Shown: positions 36,988-47,411 of the stretch, in pieces
How positions within the stretch are numbered: the stretch's first letter is position 1
Layout: each line of letters begins with the position of its first letter
From: Bigelowiella natans CCMP2755
Lineage: Eukaryota > Protista > Cercozoa
Length of the DNA: 47,411 bases
Assembly (NCBI GenBank): GCA_000320545.1
Contig: ADNK01002130.1
Location: 1-47,411 of the forward strand
Reading direction: 5' to 3'
Program-made: the position numbers and the translations under genes
Notes under the pieces: model-generated
The model's database searches: none
What the model saw: only the letters and a program-made list of their open reading frames with translations
Told to the model about the DNA's origin: nothing

Positions 36988-37304
36988 TATTTCGCGCGTG
37001 TGTTTGCAAATGTTCATCTACTTAGACACATATAAATGGCCTACCTAGCCATCTCAGTCTCCATCCCAGCTTGCATTCTCAACAACCTTTTGTTGGCTAC
37101 ACCAATTTCAAGCTTAGCAGAGCAGCTGTCAAGCTAGGTGCTCCATGCACACACGGCACGACCCTACATGGGGAATGCAACAAGAATGCACAATCGAATT
37201 TGATGCTGCGAGCTAGCGAGGCAACACATCTTGAGTACGAGTACATCGTAGCATCAGAGTGTACTAGGTTAATGCACGCATGTGCATAATCATCACAATG
37301 ACGC

Positions 37305-38364
37305 TTACTGCTCCCCATATTGCTGCTGCAAACGCATCCATTTGGGTACTTTCTTCTTCGGCTTGCTTCTGCGTGCTCCTTTTGCCTTCGGATCAGGTCC
37401 CACGAGATCGTTAATTGCCTTCTGAATCTCCGCTTCATTTATAGGCTTAGGAACAGGTTCCGCAACCAGAACGGCCTCTCTCAACGCGTTGACATCTTCC
37501 TTTAATACGCTACTGCTGTTGGCTGCGCCTTTCACAAAGCAATTGACGGTGGCAGCAGGAACGAGCCCCATCTCGTCTAGAGTTTTCATCCGATCTCTTG
37601 TAAACTTAATCTCTATAGTGGGGGGGATACGGAGGGAGAGGCCAGCTGCGTATCGTGGGTCTTTGAGAGATTTAATAATCATCTCAAACACTTGCAGTAC
37701 GCGCTCATCTGGGTGGAAGTAGGCCTGCAGCACCGTTCCTTCAGGACGGAGCACCACACGGATGATAGTCCGGTCGTATCTACGTGATAGGTGGATTGCA
37801 GCATATTTCATGATGTAAATATTTCATTAGTTTCATGGAGAAATGAAGAAAATACACTTTGGAATGACACTCTGCAGCAACAGCGGATACAACAACAACA
37901 ACAACAACAGGAGAAAGGGCAGGATTTGTATGCTTCTTTTCGCAGACTATAGCATGCATGCATAGTCGAAATCGTGGTGGCTGATGATATTAATGTGCAC
38001 GTGGAGAGGTTTGCCTGCGCTTCAGCTTCTGCCTCTCCAGGATCTTCCCTTCCAGTGCCTTTCGAAGTTTAGCCTACAAGAAGATAGGAGGAGAGCAAGA
38101 ACAAGGAGAAGGGAGGGAGAGTAAAAAACGATTCACAATCACGATGTGGCCGTGAAAGGAGACACGGGAGAAAGCTGCGCTTACGTAAGTAATAGGAACT
38201 GCTAACTCAATGGCTGTTCTTATTTGTTCTTATTTTTATGGTGCTATTGTAGAGCACCTCACGGAAGGACTCTGACACAAGTTGTGCATCACTCTTTGTC
38301 TTGGCCTGTGGCAGCATCGCTAGGCTCCTCTCGTCTACCTTATCTCCATTGAAAACCTGCATGC

Positions 38365-38420
<56 letters not shown>

Positions 38421-39636
38421 CGCGCGCGCGCGCATCCATCCACAGAAACATTCATCAACGGTTCCGGACGAGGTCTCTCATACGTCGCGAAAAGGGAAAC
38501 ATTAACTCCAGTTGTTGCTTTTTGTTAGCTATATTTAGCCTCTCCCCACTAAAGCAAATGTATTCTCGGGGCATAACCCTAAATTTGCGCTGCTCCGTTG
38601 TGAGGAGGGGAACTTCGGGCTCGATTTCTTTATAGATTCTAGCGAGCATCGTCAGAGCACGACTTGTCTTCCTGTCCAACTCCTTCTCGGCAGGCAGCAC
38701 AAGGAACCCCTGCTCATTGTTACAAATTGCTTCTTCTCAAATGCACTTTCATGGTTGTGGTCATCATCATCGAGAAATTATAGGTTCGGCTTAAGATTTG
38801 TTCATACATTACAAGTGATTGTTTTGAGATAATGCGATGCCAGTTTTTACTCATCCCCCCCCCCCCCCCCCTCTTCCCCTCCCATCACCTTCTGTGTAGC
38901 AGGCTCCTCGAAGCCCAAGAAGGCTAGGTAGTCAAGGGCACCAGGCTTTGACACAACCTGTTATCATCATCATCATCATCATTGTAATCATCGTCTTTAT
39001 TCCCATCTCACGCTCAAAAATAATACTAGCGGCAATTCTTGTATTTTCCCCATTTACTTCCTCGTCCATACATCGCACCGGTAGCTACCAAGCAGTAAAG
39101 CAACAATAGCAGTACAAAGAGAGGGAGGCTGCATTGTTGTTTATCATCATCATCATCATCTTCTTCTTCTTCTTCTTCTTCTCACTTTCTTTTGTATCGC
39201 TGCGCTCGACAGTTTCAGCTTCCGGAACTGCGGTTTCTTCGGCCGCTCCTAAGGCGTTACACACACAATTTGAAGGGACAATCAACGATGATCGATCGAA
39301 AGCGACTTGGCACAATATTGGCTGCTTAAAGCAAATCATTCATGGTTTCTTCGTCGCTATTATTCGTGTCTCTTAACTTGGCTCATCAACTACGAAACCT
39401 GTAATTTTTGCGTGATCTTCTGCAGTAGGACGATGGTACGCAAGCACGCCTTAGCGTCTGCGCCACAATGGGCCCGCAACTTCTCCATCGCTCGCCGCAC
39501 ATCGGATACGTTGTACTCAGGCTGCATGATGTCCGTTCTAAGATTAATCGTCGGTGAGGAAGAAGAAGAAGAAGAAGAAGAAGAAGAAGAAGAGGAGGGG
39601 GAGCGGCAATATATGTGAAAATAAGAAATTACAAAC

Positions 39637-39676
<40 letters not shown>

Positions 39677-39935
39677 CGACGATGGCAAAGAAGAGCCGGC
39701 TCATCAACATTATGGTCTCAATGGCATAGCAGGATAGAAGAGGGGGGAGGATGGAAAACGAAGAGATGACACTGCTAAAGCACACAGCCCACCTCGCGCG
39801 TTCCGCCTTGTTCTCCTCCCCTCCTCCTCCTCCTCCCTTTTCTTCTTTGTTCTTCTCCCAGTCGAATGAAAGCTCTTCCATCTCGTGCTTATTACGCTCC
39901 AGCAGGTTCTGTTGCGCGTACCAAAACAAACACGC

Positions 39936-40005
<70 letters not shown>

Positions 40006-42521
40006 TCATCTTCCCTCCTCCTCCTACTTACCGTTTGTTCCTGGAGCTTCTGCTGTTTCTTCTCATCCTCCTTCTTCTTCTTCTCTGCATCTTTCTCGGC
40101 CTCCCAGTCGAATTTCTCAGGCTCGTTATCGAGAATCATTGACACAGGTTCCTTTCCGTTCACTAGGAGGGGGGGGGAGGGGGGGGGGGGGGGAATACGC
40201 ATCTGAATCGAGAAGCAAGACGACTCTCCCCTTTCACCTCTGCTGCTTTCGATTGTGATACGGCGGCCTCTCTTTCTTCCGGATCTCAGAAGAAAAGCTA
40301 GCATGATGGTGAAGTGTCACTTCTACCAATTTCTACGGAAACGGCTGGTAACACTAATACTACTGCAATAACTACCACTACTATCTACTGCTGCCGTTGC
40401 TGCCAAAGCGTCAATACCCACCTTGCTCCTGTTCCATATCTCCCGCCCCTTCTTCCTGCGACTCCGACTTCGCTGTGGAGGAGGGAGTGGAGGGCGGCAT
40501 TGAAGAAGAAGGTGAAGAGGAAGCCAAAAGCAGCTCCTCCTTGAGGATATTCATAGCCTGACAAGCAGCGATAAAACGGATGTTAGTTTCCGCCAGATTG
40601 TCTTTGAATGGCGAGTGAAAATCTTTCGCGTTTCGGGACGAGTGGTGTTTGATTCGTGCATGATGATAATGATGATGATAGTCATTTTTCTGTGTTGGAA
40701 TAAGTGAAAAATGTATGCAGGCAATGAGTGTGATTCCCCTTCATTTGAGCAATTACGCGCCCCCTTTCCCATTCCATTAACCGGTCGCTACTATGTAGCG
40801 TTGGCTCCCCCCACCTCGTTGAGAAATTCCTTATCTTCCCTATCGTCTGGGAGGACCTGTGGTGCGTGGTGCGCGTTTGTGTGTGTTTGTGTTTGTGTAC
40901 GCCAATGAATACAACGATATTGATAGATCAATGTCCTCTCTTACAAAACAATTTCATACTACACTACACTATACTATGCTGGTACTACATGATACACGCC
41001 ATCAGTCTTTCTCGATTTGAGAAATCCTAGAGCCCCCAGGACGCTGTTGGCCGATTTTTCGTACTTTCCCAACACAGAGTGGAGCTTCCTCGATGACAGC
41101 TTCAACGACCTAAACTTCTCGTTCTTATTCTGACAAGAACGCACCAAGAGGAGGGGAGAGGAAAGTGCGATCATTATCATTATTTCACGCCGCAAAGCAA
41201 TGGTAAAACAGCAGGACCAGCATCACCAGGGAGCCTACCGTAAGGATTTTGTGCACAATGAATCGTACGCACTGCATCGACGCCACGAGCTCATCGGATC
41301 CTTTGGCCTCCTTCTTCAACTGCTCGAACGCTTTGATGACATTTGATATCTGCAACGGCTCCTTCCGTTTCTCTGTCGCAGCGCGCATCATGGCGGTCGC
41401 AATGTCGCCTGCTGATATCGCGGCGTTCTTGTCCGTTTTCGAGTCGTCGTCGCCAACAACAGTTGGCAAGTTGGCTTCCTCCTCCTTACTAATTGACTTT
41501 TGTGAAGGCTCCTCGATAAGCATGTTTGCTTCTTCTGATGAAGAGGCCTTTTGGGGCTTCTTCATTCCCGCGGATTTGGGCGCTACGCCAGACGATACAG
41601 CCTTCTTCTCCTTGGACACCGACGGCGTTTCTGCCTTTGTTTTCTTGGTTTGGAATAGCAGGCTGGAAGTGGAAAGGGTAATACCCGCGGCCTCCTTTAA
41701 TGTAACTCGTAATAGAGCGGAGCCCTGCACTCCTAGCGTACCTAAAGACGTGGAGCTGAGAACCTTTGCTTCGAAGTTCCTGAGGAGGGTGTTCCAATAT
41801 CACCAGGGTGTCAGTGAGCGACGACGGAGACATCGAATCGCTATCATTCGAACGTGTGTTGCAAATATAGAGAACACAGGTAGCAACGTCATACCTTCGA
41901 GTGGCCGCCATCGTAACGACCGGGGCGAGATAGTTCCCATTCTCAGCCTCCCGGCCCAGAATGTTTGTACCATGCTCAGCATCAAGGGCAAGAAGGATAT
42001 CGTATAAAGTGTGAGTGGGGGGGAACACGCCTTGTACCCTTTTCCGGTCTGGCGTCTGGACGGCAACTCTAACAGGCTTTCGGCTTACGCTACCCTTTGG
42101 TTTTGGCACGAGATCCAAAGAGGCATTGTTATCAACCTTCCCCAAGCGAAACGGCGTGTTAAGTGACACAAAGCCGTGGTTCCGATGCTTCAGGGCGTAA
42201 TCCTTGGGGCTCAGCCTAGAGAACACCATTTTCTTACGAATGACGTTGAGAATACAACCTTCGGCACAAATATGTAAACGTTTTACATGCTTAACCCGCC
42301 CTAGCCCCACCCTTCGCCTAGCCCCACCCTTCGAAAGATAGGAATCGCGCCAACGAACGCACGGCGTCAGCAGCGGTCGACGGAGAAGGAAGGAGGAGTA
42401 GCTAGAAAGATAGTCACCGCTTTTGAGTGCAAAACTTAGAGAGCGCCTCCATAAGGGTTTGATTTGGGGAAATCGTGACCCGCGTTGACAAACCCTTGTA
42501 GCGAATGGAGACGTTGGGCAT
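37305..42521 (-). CDS. ASPSCR1: TUG/ASPSCR1 (UBXN9)-like p97/Cdc48 adaptor with N-terminal UBL domains, two PUB-like domains and a C-terminal UBX domain, multi-exon
   Basis: The N-terminus RVTISPNQTLMEALSKFC...DYALKH...SLNTPFRLGKVDNNASLDLV...VRVAVQTPDRKRVQGVFPPTHTLYDILL resembles TUG UBL1/UBL2. PUB-like segments are NKNEKFRSLKLS...VLGALGF and KPGALDYLAFLGF. The UBX domain is RYDRTIIRVVL...VLQAYFHPDE...GLVPAATV, and the C-terminus is KKVPKWMRL. Confidence 0.82.
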
Positions 42522-42869
42522 GGTTGTTGTGTACAACGGTGCCGACGGGAGGGAAGGGGGAGGAAGAGAATATTCGTGGATAATACGAAGTCGAGGAAAC
42601 CAAATCCATTTCTTTCTTTGCGACATGTATCAAATTGATGTCTCTCAAATAATATCCCCATTTTGTTTTCGCTAGATAAAAGTTCTTACATTTCGTTGTC
42701 GCCACAAAAAAAGGACAGCAAATTATATAGATTTGCATATCGAAGAAATACGTTTACATTTTGAGCATACGACTTGGATTTTCCGAGGTTTTCATTTATC
42801 GTGTCAGATCCAAGCACCCGCCTCCAACAGCTAAAGAGAACCCGTGCTTTGCATCAGCTGCTCGCTCGA
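42522..42869. promoter_or_regulatory. Putative bidirectional promoter between the TUG-like gene (-) and the small acylated-protein gene (+)
   Basis: Divergent ATGs are ~350 bp apart with an AT-rich core. Inferred from position only. Confidence 0.4.
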
Positions 42870-44127
42870 ATGGGAGCCTCCCAGGGCCAGCAGATAGCCT
42901 TCGAGCCAGACGTCCGGTACGTTCAGTCTTCATCTAGCTCGCTATTCCAGTGCTGCAATCTCTGTCGCAGGGATGACACGCTGGCGAAGAGTCCCATCAT
43001 AATTTCGCATTCGGAGTCTCCGGGCCTCTCGCCAGGGAAAATAGGTGCTCTGCTTTTTTCTGCCTCCTCGTTCAGGATAAGTCAACGGGATCGATCATAA
43101 TCGTCCGTATATACCCCCCCGTCACTTACTATGATCCCCATCGTGGGAGATGAATACTTTGCTTTCTTTTTTTTTGGTTGGCACCACCGCTAACACATGG
43201 TTTTTTTCGGAAGTAGGCGCCCGGGGTTCGATCCAAGCCTTCGAAGGGAGATTAATCATTGCCGGCCCAACACACCTCCCCGTCCAAGGAGGTGGCATTA
43301 GCGCTGATATAAACGAGGTGGAGGCCCTTGGAAGGAATATCGATCCAGACTTTGTAGATTTGGGAAGAGAGCCGTATCCGACAGTGGAGGTAGTTGTTTC
43401 TGATCAGTAGAATGTAACAAATCCATCGCCCCTCAATCTAATGGTTACGTTTTCCTTCAAATCACTATGCCGATGATATGTATCTTGCGTGTGATTATAT
43501 CGATGCTCAGCCTGTGGAAAGGGAGACGCGGATGAGAATGTAAAGCCCAGGAGAGTGTGAAATGTGATTCGGTGTTGTCTACATAAACCACCCTCATCAC
43601 GAGAAGAAACAACATGGAGAAACTTTACTGAATTACTCTGAAATTCCAATCATCATCATATTTAGGTACCTTGAGGCGTTGGAAGACGAGAGCGCGGATT
43701 CCAAATTGCGGCCAGGAAGAATAAGTAGTGGCCCGATTCGAGGACTACCAAGGGTGGAGCACGCGCGCGCGCGCACACACACACACACACACACTACCTC
43801 TTCAAATTTAGACGATCAGTCATCCGTCATTGTGTTTATGATGGCACCACTACCACAGCCCGAAAAAGATGTGCTGAGTGCTAAAGATGTCGCGAGAATA
43901 TTCAGGTGGTTTGATGTCGGCAAGTGGTTGCTGCGGGAATGAGTTGACTCCTCTTTCTTACTTCTTTCGCAATTTCTCACATCGCTCACCGAAGTCTAGT
44001 TAGGGAATCTCTTTACTTTTGAAAATGGGCCGATTTATTCTAAAAACCCCCTCGCATCAAATTAGGGATCCGGGTGGCGGAGGAGGGAGAACAGCAGCAG
44101 CGACTTCGTCAGCGTTTACAAGCTTAG
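42870..44127 (+). CDS. Hypothetical small multi-exon protein with a possible N-myristoylation/palmitoylation signal (MGASQG...QCCNLC)
   Basis: Phase-consistent exons at ~42870-43044, 43217-43389, 43511-43539, 43666-43753, 43859-43919 (GC donor) and 44066-44127. No recognised domain. Confidence 0.55.
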
Positions 44128-45170
44128 ACCCCTTAGGTTGACTCCCTCCTACCTTCATTTCATACTATTTGTGCATTGTATATTAAGTATTGCTTACTGC
44201 CGTAAAGAGACATAATGACAAAAGGTTACGTTGAAGCAAGTACATTTCCTTGTCTATTCTCTTTCGTCGGCCCTTGCTAATATCTTCCTCATCAGCTCGG
44301 AATCCACGAAGAAGAGGAGGACGAGATGGGACTGCTTCTCGTAAAGATCAAAAGAACAATTATAATAACCCAAAAACCTCCACCTCTACTAGTAGTGATG
44401 AGGGCATTACGGAACGATGGCAGTGATAGATAAGATGTATGCATTCGCTAGTTCGTGCAACTTGGGTACTATCTCATAAACTATAATTGAGATGCATGCA
44501 TGAGCTATGACAAAATCTTAACATATAAGCAAACAAGTTCTGGCTGGCGTAACAAATACACATCCAATAAGTACATGTACGCTACCACGCTAGCAGCACG
44601 GCTGTATAACTCTATGCCAAAAAAAAGTACTCACACATGCGCAGTTTCGCCTGTTGTACATGTAGCTATAGCTAGCTAGGTGCGAGTCGGCGAAAAACGT
44701 CTATGTATATTGACTAATGATATGAGCAACACCTGCAAAATATGAATAGAGCTATGTAAAGGCGACGCTTGCCGCGATGCGATCGAGCACAACATATCTA
44801 GCTAGATGTGGCATGCACACATTGTAATGCTACCGATTGCAAGGCTGATGTGAAAGGCAGCGAGGGCGCGTGCACCAGGTATAGGCATGCCGCAAAAAAG
44901 AATTACCGTGAACCAAATCGTACTTTTGATAATATTCGGTACACGCATAAGGTTATTTTTAAGACTGAATAATGATGCACCTATCACTCCCTACCAACTC
45001 CATCCGATCACCATGAAAAAATCACATCTGAGAAATGTTAGGTGCCTTGACCATCATCAGCCGGCACACACCGCGTTGTATATGTAAAAATGATTGTGTA
45101 TATGCTAATGGTTTTAACTAATATCAGGTTATTTCTATCACGCCGCCATCCGCCCAAACAAGACTTGGGT

Positions 45171-47135
45171 TTAAGAAATGGCGCAGCGGTTGCCTTTGCG
45201 GTTTTTCTGCTTCTTTTTTGACTTGGCGAGCTTACTGATGTCGGGTCGCCACCCCGTTCTCACCTCCACTGCATGAAGGACAGCCTAATGATGGCAAATG
45301 GTGATAATAATAATAATAACGACGACGACGACGACAAAAAATGGAGAAGATGACGTCGAGAACGCGGAATATTATGTGTTTGAGTTTTTCCTATTTCGCT
45401 TCCAGCGCAAAAACGTAAGGGTTGATGCTACCTTGATCACCATGTCTTCTGGCTCCACACCTTCGGGCAGCTCGCTAAGAATATAATAAAAACATTATTT
45501 TAAAAATATATGATAATGACACGATGTTTGGGCCATTGCTTCATCCTTTTCACCGCAACGACGACGACGATGACGCTAGTAATAACATTAAAGGTGATAG
45601 TTGGAGTGTGCAGAAGCAACCACCATCAATCGATTTTATTCCCAATTATTGGGGCAGCAGCATGCATATTCACGTACCCTTCAGGCCTCTCCCCTAGCAT
45701 GGACTCGATCGCTGAATTGAGCGACTCTATAATATCTCCAACCTAGTGTTACGATAACGATGACGATGATAATGATGAAGGCAACACGGGGGAGGGCGTA
45801 TTCTGAACCACGCGACGGACTTTGTTCGTGGCGTTGCCAAGTTGCATAGTTGGTCATCGGATGCATGCATGGAGAGGAACGCGAGAGGGGGGAGGGAGGG
45901 AGGGAGGGAGGGAGGGAGAGCGAGAGAGAGAGGGAGAGAGAGGGAGAGCGAGAGGGAGAGAGAGAGGAGTAGTTTTGAAAGGCGTCGTTGTTGCGCTTAG
46001 TCTACCTCTGCAATCGTCAGGCCTCGTGCACTCAATAGCCGCTTCTCAACTAGCGCCGCGCTTGCCCCGGCTAGGTTTTTTGTTATCTTCGCCATCAACT
46101 GAGCGGGGCGATGAGAAAGAATACACAAACAACCAAAAAAAAAAAAAGATCAAGGAGGCGGCCTGCAGCTACCAAGCAACTACCACGCGATGGAATATCA
46201 GCGGATGCTGCATGCAGCAGCACACAGAAGATGAGGGAGAGAAGGGCATGTCACCACTACGAAATCACAGTCGATCTAGAGCGATGGAGAAGAAACGCTC
46301 CCTCTGTAAACGATACAATGTAATAGCCGCGTACCTCGATCGTTGTCATATGATCATGTGACACAAGCTTTCGTATCGCGCGGTCGATATGGTCCTTCAG
46401 CGTCGGAACCTTTGCGCATTTCACACAGGCGATGGTTAAAAAAAATAGGCAGAGGCGGCAACAAGCAGCAGTAGGGAAAGTGGTAGGCAAGAAATGGAAT
46501 CGAGTTATCGCGTCGCCGTCATTTCGACTTGATGTTGCGGGCTGCTGTGCTTCCTACCTCGGGCGAGTAGAACCGCACCCTTCTCTGCGTCTTACTCTCA
46601 TCAAGAAACATGAATCGTAGCTGAGCAGGGCTCTGGAGAAGGGGGGAGGGGGAGGAGGAAGAGGAGGAGGAGAAGGGGGATCCATAAGCGATAAGGGCTT
46701 TTAGCAGGAGGAGGAGGCAGGGGCAGGGGGAGGAGAAGTAGTAAACTCACAACAAAAGCGACGAAATGCCAAAAGAGTAGTGCTCAAGAAAGGAAAAGCG
46801 ATTTGGTTCAGGAAAGGTTATTGTGATTGCTGCTAGCGATCGCACGACGTCGCAAGTAGTACCGCCATGTGGAAGGAGAGGAGCTCCGCGAACGTGATTG
46901 CGTATAGCGTTATCCCCTGTTGTTGTTTCGACAAGGAGAGCAGCAGTGAAATGATGATAATGTGGATGATGGTGGAGGGAAAAGGAAACGCTTTTAGGCT
47001 AGGACGACAAAGTAAATTGGTAACAAAAATACAAATGGATCAAAGCATTTTCATGAAGAAAATGAACGATAGCAACACAGTGATGGATGATAGTGGTGAG
47101 ACGAACGAAAAATAATTAGGTAAAGTAGTTTTTTT

Positions 47136-47166
<31 letters not shown>

Positions 47167-47411
47167 TGCTCTCTTTCCCTCTTTCCGTAATCGTTGCATG
47201 ACAATTGTCGTTGTTGTTGTTCTAGTGATTGTTGCATTACAGAGTAGGGGCGGAATACTAAGATGCCGCGCTTCGGATGCAGACCCAGCACCTATAAGGG
47301 AAAACCGCACACAGGAAGTATTATGATTCCGCACTCGAAGAACAGCACCACCGCGTAAGTGAATAGATAGAAGCACTGGATTTTGCTCGGCGATTATCTA
47401 GCGCTGACGCT
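45171..47411 (-). CDS. 3' part of an unidentified multi-exon protein ending in a polybasic tract plus CAAX box
   Basis: Exons include HPLIFHRVVVAW, VGDIIESLNSAIESMLGERPEG and ELPEGVEPEDMVIK. The last exon is AVLHAVEVRTGWRPDISKLAKSKKKQKNRKGNRCAIS*. The gene probably continues beyond the window end. Confidence 0.65.

Noticed and set aside
41249-42007. 252-aa + strand ORF
   Set aside because: It is antisense to exons of the TUG-like gene and has no independent motif.

Overview
Intron-rich, microsatellite-rich eukaryotic (protist-like) genomic DNA. Intron style and a possible bipartite leader are compatible with a chlorarachniophyte or other rhizarian, but the organism cannot be established from this window. 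I reconstructed about nine multi-exon genes by hand. In order they are: the 3' end of a serine carboxypeptidase (+); a RAD16-like SNF2 ATPase with an N-terminal PARP-type zinc finger and two RING fingers (-); a head-to-head RecQ helicase with a RECQL4-like C-terminus (+); a mitochondrial carrier (+); a putatively secreted protein with four CCxxC motifs (+); a TTLL11-like tubulin polyglutamylase (-); a TUG/ASPSCR1-like UBL-UBL-PUB-PUB-UBX p97 adaptor (-); a small putatively acylated protein (+); and the 3' part of a CAAX-terminated protein (-). The most striking signal is non-coding. All three long head-to-tail intergenic spacers (about 23979-24916, 26749-27682 and 36334-36987) are almost free of the dinucleotide TpA. 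By manual count they hold 14 TpA in about 2.5 kb, against roughly 150 expected. Twelve of the 14 are in CTAG and the other two are half-sites (CTAA, ATAG). These spacers are rich in TG/CA and keep their CpG, whereas introns and convergent 3' regions are full of TA. This looks like the footprint of a regional, context-specific A:T to G:C hypermutation system (a 'reverse RIP' acting on TA not followed by G) on probably untranscribed DNA.
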